Shown here: positions 47,934 through 59,732 of the stretch, piece after piece
Layout: every line of letters starts with the position of its first letter
Position numbering within the stretch: position 1 is the stretch's first letter
DNA from: Anthoceros angustus
Lineage: Eukaryota > Plantae > Anthocerotophyta
Assembly: GCA_010909165.1 (NCBI GenBank)
Contig: MU008159.1
Span: 1 to 64,000, forward strand
Direction of reading: 5' to 3'
Length of the DNA: 64,000 nt
The notes under the pieces: model-generated
Seen by the model: the letters and a program-made list of their open reading frames with translations, nothing else
What the model was told of the DNA's origin: nothing
Database searches by the model: none
Position numbers and translations under genes: made by a program

Positions 47934-50226
47934 TCAGGCCGACTGGATCTTGATGAGTTTGAGCACAGCAGACGGCCTGGCCGCGCAGTAGTCCACAATG
48001 GCCTTGCGGGGGATGTGGCCCGAGCGAAGCACGGCGATCCCCATAGCCTGCATCCGAGCCAGCTCCCTCGGGGTGGGCGACTGCCACCTGAGGTCCCACC
48101 AGGCGTACGACAGCAGCGGCGTGCGGGCGCACTGCGGCGGCTGCGCTTGGCACGAGAGCGGGCCGGCGAAGGGACGCCAGGAGTGGCCCAGTCCGCTCTG
48201 CAGCCACAGGCCCCGGCGCAGCAGGCCGCCGTGGAAGCTGCTGTAGAATTTGAAACTGGAAGGCGAAGCCGAATCGGAATCCGGAAGGCGGGCCGCCGCC
48301 GCCAGAGAGGCCATGAGCTGCGCGTACGTGGTGGCCACGCGCTGGTAGGCCGCCGACACCACGGCGTGGCGGGCGCGCGCCGCCAGGAAGAAGTCGACAA
48401 GCGCCACCCAGCGTGGCATGGCGCCCCAGTCCTTCTTCTTGTGCCGGGGCACCTGCACCTGTTCTTGCCGTAGCAGCTCCGCCTCCAGCTCCGCCCACCA
48501 TGCCTGCTTCCTGCTCCACTGCACGAAGGGCTGGTGCTGGAACTGCAACACCTGGGCAGCACGGCATGCAAAACATGAGCATAAGGAGCAGCGGCGGCGG
48601 CGGCGGCGGCGGCAGCAGCAGCAGCAACTCACCTCCACGGACTTGCCCACTGCTTGTCGGATGTGAGCAATCACAGATGACGTGTCGGAGAGGACCAGGA
48701 GGCGAAGCCTGGAGCCGTCGGCATGAGGAGGGGCTATGCTGCTCACGCATTTCAATGCAGCGGTTACGGCATCGTCGGATCTGTTGGGTGGGGTGGCCAC
48801 CGACCAAGCAACCCAGCAATAGCTCATGAGCAACGCCCACGCTGATGGAGCCTCAAAGCTCAGCCACGCTATCAGTTTGTTGCATACGTACCTGGAGCTC
48901 CGCATCCTGAGGTGCAGAGAGATGTCGGGGTCGGGCCCTCCTTGGAGAGCCCACTGCACCGCCTCCTGCACCAGCCGCCCGGGCTGCACCAGGGCATGCA
49001 TGAGCTCACCGAAAACATTGGGCCGGCTGGCGGGCTGCCGCGAATTCCCCAGGATGGCACCCGCGGCGCTCCGCACTGCGGCGTGCTGATTCTTCAACAG
49101 ATACTGGAGCCCCACCACATCGGTGGTTTCCTTGAACCACATGATGGGTTCTGGCCACTGGGTCCAGTCGGAGCACAGACAACTGGAGTTGGACAAGGGG
49201 GAGAAGGAGTCGATCTTGACAACCAGGCGCCTCTTGAAGCGGCCAGCGCAATCATGCTCTGCCCAAAGACGCTGAACCTCTGGCATCCTCAATGTTTGAT
49301 TGGAGTACGTCAGATAGGATATGAAAGGTCTGTCGTCCCTCCCTGGCCTCGCCTTCCTTAGGTATGGGTCTCTGCAATCGCAATGGCCATGGCAATTCCA
49401 ACCAACTCATTCACAACTTCCTCATTACCCTTTCCTTCCACTCATTTGCTACCGATCCCCTGCTGCTCACCTTAGCTCGCCAATGATGAGTGACCGATTG
49501 AGCATCAATGCCAGCCCAGCTGCAGTGAGAAACCTGTACATGCTGTTCCCGAAGCCGGCCTCTTCGAAATTAGCCGTCACGAAATTCGTACGGCAGAATT
49601 GGTCAGCCGGGAGAGACTTCACTCGCTCTGCGCCTGTTCACCACACCAGGCCAACAATCTGGTGGGATTCTCTCTTGAAGCAAATCAACAATCGCATCGC
49701 ATCGCATCGCATCGCGTGCCAGTGCGGCCAAGCACATAACAGCAACCATACCGTGCTCCCACAAATATGTCTTGATTCGCTGCCGCAGCCTGAGGCTGGC
49801 GGCCGTGGAATCACCTGCAGCAACCTCACCCATCTCCTCAACTGTTGCACACCGCTTAGCCCCAGATCCACCCGCTTTCTTCCTCACCACCTTCTGCCTC
49901 GTCGGATCGCCGCTACCGCTACCCGCCTTCTGCACAATCGCCATATCTTGCGCTTGCGCGCCAACGTGTGCGTTCCTGCTGCTGCCGCCCATGTGCGCAC
50001 GCCTGACAGTGTGTGAAAACCAGTCCTGGGACACATTTGCGTTCCAGTCCTCAACCTGGGACGCCCATCCTTCGCCCATCTTCACCCGTGCCTCATGCTC
50101 CCTCTGGTGGACCAAGGCTATCACCAACATTCCCCATCCCACAAGAGCAACTAGCACCAGCCCCAAGCTCCTGCCATTTTCCAACCACCTCCTCGGGGTC
50201 AGCTTGCACCCACTGCTTTCTCCCAT
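47934..50226 (-). CDS. At3g26950-like type II membrane protein, putative O-fucosyltransferase-like glycosyltransferase
   Basis: N-terminal TM (LGLVLVALVGWGMLVIALV), EAGFGNSMYRFLTAA..MLNRSLIIG, WFKETTDVV..NVFGELM, DISLHLRM, KDWGAMPRWVALVDFFLA, GHSWRPFAGPLSC, WWDLRWQSP. Fucosyltransferase activity is an inference from the GFGN and HxRM motifs. Confidence 0.88.
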
Positions 50227-50442
50227 TCAACTCCACACAAAGCCAAACCATGCGATGGCTTGGGATGCGATGGAATCGAGTCCAATGCTATGGAATCGGA
50301 TCGACTCGCTCGCCTCCTGCACCACCTCAGCGTCCTGCTCCTCCACCTCTTCCCATGTAAAGGGGCCAGGAGGAGGAGCTACCTTACATATACACAACAT
50401 AATATAATTATGCTTCTTATTTACCTATATAAATACAAATAT

Positions 50443-50572
50443 ATGGAGCCTCCAACTCGAGACATAGTCCAACTTCCTCCAAATGAAAATATTGATTACC
50501 AGAATGATATTCTTCAAGAAACTACTTTCCAATCAGTAACAAACTCATCATCTAATTTATCTATAAATAATG

Positions 50573-50614
<42 letters not shown>

Positions 50615-51288
50615 TAATTGAGGATAATGAATCTTCAATTCATAAAACTTACAATAAAAACTTACAATCAAATTTACATATAATTAAGAATAGAGATAAC
50701 CTCAATCCACTTGAAGATCAAGTTGACAGCAAGGGATCTTCAATTCATGTTTCTAATGTATTGGGAGATTGGTCAAGACATAGATTAGTGGAACTAGAAC
50801 AAAAAAATAAAGCATATGAATTAATACATACAACTTTAGTTGAAAATAGTAATGATTATAAAACAACTTTTTACTTAGAACGAAATGCAATGATTCTTGC
50901 AACAAAACAACGTAATAGAGACAAAGAAAAGAAAGAATTAGAAAATCATACAAAAAAAGAAAATGTGGACAACTCTTGGTTTAACGTATTATCTCTTATT
51001 AAAGAAGAGGATTTTGAAGTTAATCAAACCCGCAATTCCATGTCAATTACTAATATGAATGCAAATCTTGGTATAGACAAGGAGCTTCAAAGAACCAAAG
51101 ATAATCGTATCACTAGCATGACCACTGGTCCAAGACCTAGTACCAATATTACGGCTAATGCTCCAAGGACTAGTATTCAAGCCTCTATTCAGGCTAAAGC
51201 GCCTATAAGAAAAACAAATTTAACGTATATGAGACAAATATTTATTAAGCTGAAAAATAGAGTACCAAGTATCAGACTTAATGAGTAG
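50443..51288 (+). CDS. AT-rich, Asn-rich orphan ORF (281 aa), possibly a retroelement ORF1 remnant
   Basis: Uninterrupted ATG-to-TAG frame in strongly AT-rich DNA, including (AAT)12 at 50575-50610; abrupt compositional switch from the GC-rich neighbour at about 50385. Confidence 0.4.
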
Positions 51289-52578
51289 ATTATCGTATAT
51301 TCTGATACCTACCAAGATATATCAGCAATATTTCAATGAATTATAAATATTACATACCATTTGCATGCACATGACAAAAGATAATGAACTTGTGTAAAGG
51401 CTAGTACATTACTAATCATTTCATATTTTGAAGACCAACAATTAGTTCACTACTTGCTTAGTGATAATTAAGTGAAGCATACTTACATTTTAGAAATAAT
51501 AAGTTATATTTCAAAACCTTCAAATTTTTGAATCAGCAATTAATGATCTAAAAATTATTTATATGAAATAAATTATATTTTCTTCAAAATTGAGTAGCAA
51601 GTGAAACTTAAAAGCCATAGAAGAAATGGATTCTATTTTTCTTTTTCAAAATAAAATTGAAACCTATAGGAAAGAAAATATTCTATTTAAAACTTTATAT
51701 TTTCCTATTACTTTTACAAAGCCTAGTCTCTAAAGCATATTGAATATCTCCAAACTTTCGGACACTTTTTAACCCAAATAATATATTAGGGTAAAAGTGC
51801 CTTTCCCTAGCATTTAATGCTCACCGGTTCATGTTCTAGTGCTCCCAGTTCTGTCTCCCGTATTTAAATCCTCCATTCGGAGCGGGAGAAGGAGGGATAC
51901 AAATTCGAACAATTCTATGCGGTTCTACAAAACCGCATGGAATTCTAACAATTCATATGAACATATTTATGTCCTATTTATACCTTTAGACTTTATTTAT
52001 AGTAAAGTATACCTATAAGACACCTGTAAGACACATAGTAACATATACCTGGAAATGCACCGACCTTCTATGGCTGCTTGATGTAGGGGCCTCCTGATAT
52101 GGGTTGTCAGGCTACATGATATGGGCTGTTGTTGTAAGGTTCTCTAAGACCTTTTGGTCGATTATCTCTAATGTTGTAAGACCCTTCGGGTCCTAAGAGA
52201 GAGAGAAATTATGACCCTTAACCCCTAAAAGCCTGAGGGTCTTCTCACCCTTGTCTGGTGATTCGCGGTTATTATGGGATAGCTTATACCACAAAAAACA
52301 GACACTAACGCTTTCACTATGGCCACAGAAATTAGACTGGGATGCTTTCAACATGACAATCACCACCGGGCTCAGATGTGCACAAACATGTGCCCGCAGA
52401 AAAGAAACACCAACGAGTTCATGCTCCATTCGAGAATTTTAGAAGCCATTGCCAGCTGATCCAACACGAGGACGATCATCTTTACTCGGTTCCGCTACTA
52501 TGCTAATCAACTTCTTGAGCAAACTGGAGGGAGGTGGAAGAGTATAGCAAGATCTTGCTACCAAAAAATGGGGCTTCA

Positions 52579-55500
52579 ATCTACATGCTACATGTGACTC
52601 ATAAGCTAAATTATGAAACGTGCCCTAACTTGCTCAAGTGCGTTTTCGTCTTCCAACACTCCCACTCGCACGCAAAGCCTCGAAATTTGATCACGAGGGA
52701 ATTCACCAAGGTGTTGTGCTACGCGAGCGTCTTGAGAGGATCAGTTATATATGGCAGCCATCATCATCATATGACGAGTATGGCTCCCACTCAATTACGA
52801 AGTCCTAGAGCTGTACATCGCAACTTTCTTCGTCAATTTGAATGTGGTGTGTCCTTGAAGGTGATTGTTTTGCCAGATCCTACAAGTGGACAGATATATA
52901 CGCCCATTCCTTCAGTATGTCTGTAATATTGATGCTTCGGTAGAGACTTTGTAAGTACATCTGCAATATTCTCTTCTGTTAAGAGATGTGCCTTGGCGTT
53001 CTGGATCACTTCCCTTATGAAGTGGTGTTTTAATTCTATGTACTTGGTTCGCCCATGAAATCGCGGATTCGCCACCATTGCCATTGCGGCCTGACTGTCT
53101 GTATACAGCTCTGTAGGGTTCTTTTGATCATGGTTGATGGTCTCCAAAAGACTTCGTCCCCTTAGAAGCTCCTTGGCTGCCATAGAGAGTGAGTTGTATT
53201 CACTCTCAGCAGTGGATGTGCAGATGGAAGAGATCTTCTTATAGGACCAAGAGACGGCACCTCCGTTGAGTAAGAAAACATAGGCTCCTATGCTTCTTCG
53301 GTCGTCCGGATTCCTACCCCAATCGGCATCCGAATAACCATAGAGTACCGAGGGTATTTTGTACTTCCTTGAATATTTGATCCCATGTATAGGTGTGCCT
53401 CGTAAATACCTATAGATCCTCTTTACTACGACCCAATGCGTCCTTCCAGGGTTATGTAGGAATTGACTTACCTGGCTTACTGCATATTGTATTTCCGGTC
53501 GTGTCCAATTAGCATCATATATAAGGGACCCCACGGCTTGTCTGTAAGGTACTTTGGTCATCTCCTTTTTCTCTTGGTCTGATTGTGGACAATCGAGCAC
53601 TGACAAGGATATGTTGGCGACCATAGGTGTGTCCACAGGCCTTGCATCATCCAACTTCATTCTTTTTAGTATATCATTTATATATTTTTGTTGGTGGATC
53701 CAGATCTCATGGTGAGGTAGATTCCGTTCAACTTGAACACCTAAAACATATTTAAGTTCTCTGACATCTTTCATGTCGAATTCCTTGCTAAGTATTTCTT
53801 TGACTTTTGATAGAGCTGATTGTGTATTGGCTGCTATGATACAATCATCAACATATAGGCACAAGAGCGCATATCCATTCTCTGTGGTCAGAATGTATAC
53901 ATTGGAGTCTGCGTGACTTTGTACAAACCCCGAAGCCTTGAGATGTGTATCAGCTCGTAAATACCAGATTTTTGCGCTCTGTTTTAACCCGTAAAGGGCT
54001 GCGAGCAATCTACATACTTGGTGCGGATGTTTAGGATCAACATACATGTCGGGTTGGCTCATGTAAATAGTTTCTTCCAGCTTGCCGTAGAGAAAAGCTG
54101 TATTTACATCCATTTGATAGAGTATTAAATCTTCAATAGCTGCAATAGCTAAAATAAATCGTATTGATTCTGGTCTTACTACAGGTGAATATAAGTCTGG
54201 ATCATAATCAACTCCAGGCTTTTGGCTGAAGCCTCTAGCGACGAGTCGGGCCTTATATCGTGAGATGGTACCGTCGGCATTATATTTCCTACGTAGTACC
54301 CATTTACATGAAATAGGAGTTCTATCAGGAGGTAAATCTTCTAATTTCCAGGTCTCATTTTGCATAAGTGACTTCCATTCCGAGTCGATGGCTTTAAGCC
54401 ATTCCTCGCGTTCAGGGCCTGAGAGGGCCTCATCGACGGGAACTATGTGTTCAGAATCCCGTATGCGGGAGAGCAGTGCCTGGTTTACCTCATTAACATG
54501 ATCAGGAGTAATCTCGAATAATACGTTGCTGGAAGGCAACGAGTGGCTTGTCTCTTCTGAATTTGCAGCATTAGCTGAATTATAATTAATTAAATTATAA
54601 TTACTTGTGTAATCTTCAAGTGGGTTTTCACTATCGCTAGGAGAGGCAGTTGGGGCAGTTGGAGCGTTAAGGTGTTGTTGTGCTCCATTATTTTCCCTTC
54701 CTTGCCTCCCACTGCGTTGAGTAGTGGGTAGACTTGTCACAAAGTCTTCAGATCGGTAGCGGCTTGGAGCCCTGAGGTTGTGTCGCGGCCGTAGAGTCCG
54801 GGTAGAATGGGCAAGTTCATTAGTTTCCTGTAAGGGAGCAGGCTACCTGGGAGTCATCTAGGGGTTCTCGAGCCTGTCCAGGCATAGGGACTTGGGGTGC
54901 CACAGGTTGTACGGCATCCTGAATAGCGTCCGGGGGAATATCTCCAAAAATCAAAGCGGGATGTTGTGGTCGTGGTGTAGCGGGAGCAGGCACCATTGGC
55001 GCAGGGGGCTGAACAGCAGAAGCGGGCACCGTATGCACTGGGGCAGGAGGCTGAATTTCATGAGAGTCCTCTTGAGGAAAATAGGTAGGGTCTCGTCTTC
55101 ATAATCTGTGAGTGGGGATTGATCAAGATCTGCTGAAACCGGAATGTCTTGATCGTAATTGCCGTCTGATCCTACTGGCATGAGCAAGGGATCCTCGTGG
55201 AACGTGACGCTCTTTGCAAAAGTAACAGCTCTTGTTTCTGGGTTGAACAACTTGTAGCCTTTAATCCCGTCACCATAGCCTATGAATATCAATTTCTCTG
55301 CCCTGTCATCAAACTTCTTCCGTTTGGGTTCAGGAATGAAACTGTAGGCTGTGCAACCAAATATCCGGAGATGCATAATCGATGGTTTAGAGCCTATCCA
55401 CAACTCATAGGGAGTTAGGCCATGGATGGAACGAGAGGGAAGCCTGTTCCTCAGGTATGTGGCTGTGGCTATGGCCTCAGCCCAATAACCTTTGCTCAGG

Positions 55501-58079
55501 CCTGCATGTTTCATCATTGCTCGGGCCATCCTCTATAGGGTTTGGTTTAACCTTTCAGCGACCCCATTCTGCTGGGGTGTGTAGGCTACTGTGAGCTGAC
55601 GCACGATTCCCCTGTCTTGGCAGAAGGTGTCGAATTGTTCAGAGACAAATTCCCCGCCATTGTCTGAGCGGAGGCAGCGAAGTCTGCAGCCTGTTTGTGT
55701 CTCCACGAGTGCCAGCCAGGTCTGAAAAGTCTCAAAGGTGTGACTTTTGATCAGCGTCAGTGGGTAAGTGAAACACATTCTGGAAAAATCATCTGTGAAC
55801 GTTAGAAAGTATCTTGCACCCCCGTATGAGGATGTGGCCATAGGGCCACATGGATCCGAGTGAACAAGTTTGAGCAATGCATTATTTTGGTCTGGTATAG
55901 ATTAGTAGTTGCAACCTGTCGTAGTCGATCACTGCTCGGGTGGCCAAGACGAAGGTGCCATTTCAGCGCCTCCTTCGACTTAGCTGATTGATTTTGGGCC
56001 ACGGCCATAACAGTATCTTGAGACTGATTGTTAGTGGATGTAACAGCCAATTTATATATGTCTTGTACAGGATAGCCTGTACTTGAGGCTTGTGATTGGC
56101 CAATCTTGGTCAGCATACGACAGGTATCGTTGAAGGTAAGAGTGAATTGGTGCGTTTTCATCAGCCAGGAAACTGAGATTAGGTTCTTCACCATTGCAGG
56201 TACATGGAGAACGTTTACCAGGAGAAGTTGAGTTTGGTTAGTGAGGGTAAGTGGTACTTCCCCTCTACCTTCCACTCGAAGTCCTGAATCATCTCCTAAT
56301 AGCACAAACTTGTTTGGAGGGGCTGGAAAATAAGTGGTGAAGAATGAACGTGTATGGCAGATGTGCACTGATGCACAGGAGTCAAGGTACCATCCAGTAT
56401 GGTCAACTGGATTTCTGGTGATGTAGACTGCCATAATTCCTGGTGATGATGACACTGGAGATCTTCGTGTATTGGTTGTTGAAGCGACATTAGCTGTAGG
56501 TGGGGCTCTTTGAGGTATTCCTGCAGCCTTCTTTCTGCATTCATTCTCCCAGTGTCCCGGGATGCCGCACCAATTGCAACTGCCTTTCTTCCTTTGGTTC
56601 GGGCCTTGTCTTGCTTGGGGTGGTCTACTTGATGGACGATCGTATCTTTCTGAACGTTGTTTTGGCCTATAAGATCGACCTCGGCCACGACCAGAACCCA
56701 CATACATGATGCGGCCAGGACTTGAGCTTGAGGAAGCTTGTCGAGTAAGATTGACTTGTATGAAAGCCGAGAGAACTTTTGTGAGTATACCCTCGGCATC
56801 TTTCTTGGCTTGCCCGAGGCTTTTCGAGCATCCCGAATTCTGGGGTTTTGTGAGGTGATAAAATCATGATGGCTTGATGGCTGTAGAGAAACACGGCTGT
56901 TGCCTTTACCTCATCGATCTGCCAGCCGGAGCTAGCTAGTTTGGCATGAGCTGTTCTGAAGGCAGATATGTGGTGTTGGGCCGTATCTATGTCCTTCATT
57001 TTTAGTGAGAACAGATTTCTCACTGCTACCACCATTGTGCCAAGATCCTCTGCTTGGTACAAGTTTGCAAGCTGTGACCAAGCTTGGGCTGAGGATGTTG
57101 TTCCATCGACTTGATGTAACATTTGTCGCTCCAGTCCTGCAAGTATAAGCTTCCTTGCTTTCTTATCCTTTTTCTTCCATTGATCCACGTCGGCCTGATT
57201 TGATTGTCCTGCATTGAGGACAACTTCTGGTTCCGTGCCATCCACTATCCCCATGAGGTCAGCCTCATCAAGTATGGAGGTCATGCGAACCACCCAGGTA
57301 TCATAATCAGAACCGTTAAAACGGTCCCTATCTTTGATGTCAACATTGTAGTTATGGATGGTGGTACCCATGTTATTAGATGTGGTGTGTGTACCACTTG
57401 TAATGAATGTTCCTATCTAGTTGCTGGACCTGGACGGTTTTAGCGTCGTCTAGGTGCGTTGCTCGAGGAGGAGGGTCTGGCTAAATGATCTAGATAGAGT
57501 GTGATTGTCATGATTCTCTTTTCTAATGCTACAAGTCTGGATTCTAGTGTAGGTCGATCATGATTGTTAAATCTGCTGAATCTATGTTCTAAGAAGGCGA
57601 GGCGCTGTTCTTGGATAAGCTCTGTACAGTTTGGGTTGCAGGGTGCTACGTCTGCTAATTGGTCCAGGTGCCTCATTTTTCTTGCAGGTCGTTGAAGCTT
57701 TCTGCAGGGATATGCTTTATCCAGACATGTGAAGCATTTGCAATATTGCAGTTGCCTCTGTATAGGATCCATTGTCTGCAGTTTGCTTAGAACAGAATTT
57801 TCGCGATTAGGGATTTAGATCCCATCTTGCAATGGAAGGAGAGCATCCTTCCTGTGCTTGGCTTACGGCTCTGATACCATAACGCAGATTGGTCATGGAG
57901 AGAAGAATCAATAAAAACAAGTGTGTGAGCGGTACAGGGAGTTTTGTTTTATGATGCATCATGAGGAGACGTGACTCTACGGAGAAGTGCGTCGGTTCCA
58001 TCTACATGCTACATGTGACTCATAAGCTAAATTATGAAACGTGCCCTAACTTGCTCAAGTGCGTTTTCGTCTTCCGACA
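52579..58079 (-). mobile_element. Near-complete Ty1/Copia LTR retrotransposon with several frameshifts and a truncated 3' LTR
   Basis: gag from 57371 (RFNGSDYDTW), CNWCGIPGHWENEC, protease WYLDSCAS, WHLRLGH, integrase HSDPCGP..LRSDNGGEF..PQQNGVAER, RT YGLKQSAKIW/LYVDD, RNaseH YSDADW/DSQAA/KYIELKHHFIRE. PBS TGGTATCAGAGC at 57868-57879; PPT at 52659-52667; 80-bp LTR match 52579-52658 vs 58000-58079 with 1 mismatch. Confidence 0.96.
57440..57772 (-). CDS. 110-aa extra ORF between PBS and gag of the Copia element
   Basis: ATG 57772 to TAA 57440, intact: MDPIQRQLQYCKCFTCLDKAYPCRKL..PCNPNC..LESRLVALEKRIMTITLYL; stop lies 68 nt before the gag ATG. Confidence 0.55.
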   Translation of the reverse strand: MDPIQRQLQYCKCFTCLDKAYPCRKLQRPARKMRHLDQLADVAPCNPNCTELIQEQRLAFLEHRFSRFNNHDRPTLESRLVALEKRIMTITLYLDHLARPSSSSNAPRRR

Positions 58080-59000
58080 GTCAAGTGGTAACCTATTGGC
58101 AAGCATAGTTGCAATGAGAGGAAGCATGGTAGGCATGCTGCGTGAGCCAGACCTGAGAAGAATCAACATAGTTTTCAAGAGATCTGAAAGCATCTTCGGC
58201 TTTCATGTCACCGAGCATTCGATCCACAAGGTTGTTTTTTCCAGTGCAAAATTCCACATGTCCGGAAGAGGCTCAGCATACTTTGCTTAAAGGTCCGACA
58301 CCAGAACTCGCAAAGACAATAATACACGCTACCTAAACGTCCCCCGAAGACTCGAATTTAGTCGGTTTGGTCTTTAGGTTGAACTCCATCTTTATTGTAT
58401 GAGCATATGGGTTTGTCCTCATTTAGGTATTTGAGTCTTTCCATCCTTTCTTTTATGCCACACATATGCACTAAAAATAGTGAACAAATAGTCAAGTTCT
58501 CAACAAGATGTGAAAAAAGAGAAAGTAATATAAGAAAAGAAGAAGAAGAATTTTATTTTGGAAGAGTCTATCAAAGATGAATTTTCGTGATAGATTTGAT
58601 ACTTGGACAACTTATACAATGATATCATCCAAGTATCGATCGAAATGCAAATACGCAACAACGACGTTCTTAGGAGTGCTTGAATATGTGTCCATTTGGG
58701 CTAAGTCATTTGGACGCACATGGCGCTGGCTCAATCATGCGCCAAGGCAAAACAACAAGCTCAAAGGCTCAAAGAGCAACACGCCGACAGCAGGTCCGCT
58801 AGGAACACGAGACACTAAATTATACGCAGGTCTGTATTTGGTGGAGAAGGACTCCAAGAAACCGAACTTTGTTCATATAGGTACTCATTTGTATCTGCGT
58901 ATCTGCTGCCCTAGTTCGTAAAAGCACAGTAACCGGTATTGAGTAGGGTTTGGTGCAGCCATGTCACAAGACACAGTTTGTGACTCTTGGCGTCCATGCC

Positions 59001-59732
59001 ATGGCCTTCAAGGCTTGCCTTCGCGTTTTAGTCAGGCACGGTGCTGGGGCTTCGCGGTGCCGCAGCACATACCCAGCCCCACGTTCCGTCTTCAAGCTCG
59101 GAGTGCAGGAGCTACATTCAGCGCCCAGCAGCTGCTGGCCGGAGAGTCCGCAATGGTGGCACAATTGCACCGGTAAGGTAGGTCATCCCGATGCCGCAAC
59201 CACTGTCTGGTACGTTTTTGCTCGTTGCAACCGCTTGTTGCTCAAGCTTAACCACCCTGACAAGGGTGTGTCTGTCCCATGTCAGGCTCTCCAAGTTGCG
59301 GACGGGCTTTCATCCAAAGCTGCTCTCTCTGAGATAATACCCCTGCGGGCACTCAGCACTTCGGCATATCACAGGCCATCTGGCGCTAAGAAGCACGGTA
59401 TCGCACATGTTCAGTCTACGTTCAGCAACACTGTGATCACACTGACAGATTTGAATGGTAACACCAAAAGCTGGTCCTCAGCTGGTTCAGTTGGGTTTAA
59501 GGGTTCTCGTCGGGCAACCAAGTATGCCGCTCAAGCAACAGCGGAGCATGTGGCAAAGCAGGCTCTCCAGTTGGGGTTCAGCACAGTGGAAGTGAGAATC
59601 AAGGGTTTAAGCGCTGGAAAGGACTCGTCCGTGCGTGGTTTGCAGATCGGTGGTCTTGGAATAACTAAAATTCGTGATGTAACACCGGCACCACACAATG
59701 GCTGCAGGGCTCCCAAAAAGCGCAGAGTGTAG
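59001..59732 (+). CDS. RPS11: Nuclear-encoded organellar (probably mitochondrial) ribosomal protein uS11 with N-terminal presequence
   Basis: HGIAHVQSTFSNTVITLTD..WSSAGSVGFKGSRR..YAAQ..DVTPAPHNGCRAPKKRRV; R/S/A-rich leader MAFKACLRVLVRHG; candidate in-frame phase-0 intron 59178-59285. Confidence 0.92.
   Translation: MAFKACLRVLVRHGAGASRCRSTYPAPRSVFKLGVQELHSAPSSCWPESPQWWHNCTGKVGHPDAATTVWYVFARCNRLLLKLNHPDKGVSVPCQALQVADGLSSKAALSEIIPLRALSTSAYHRPSGAKKHGIAHVQSTFSNTVITLTDLNGNTKSWSSAGSVGFKGSRRATKYAAQATAEHVAKQALQLGFSTVEVRIKGLSAGKDSSVRGLQIGGLGITKIRDVTPAPHNGCRAPKKRRV

Noticed and set aside
47351-48840. Overlapping 300-400 aa ORFs as additional genes
   Set aside because: Alternative frames of a very GC-rich exon; only the last part of 47351-48571 is real (ATR exon 1).
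51911-51944. Hairpin atgcggtt-ctacaa-aaccgcat as a Helitron 3' end
   Set aside because: The following CTAA is not followed by T, spacing is atypical, and no 5' TC end or Rep/helicase sequence was found.
59350-59732. rps11 as a NUMT or bacterial contaminant
   Set aside because: It has an in-frame presequence and a spliceosomal-type intron candidate, with no flanking organellar or operon genes.
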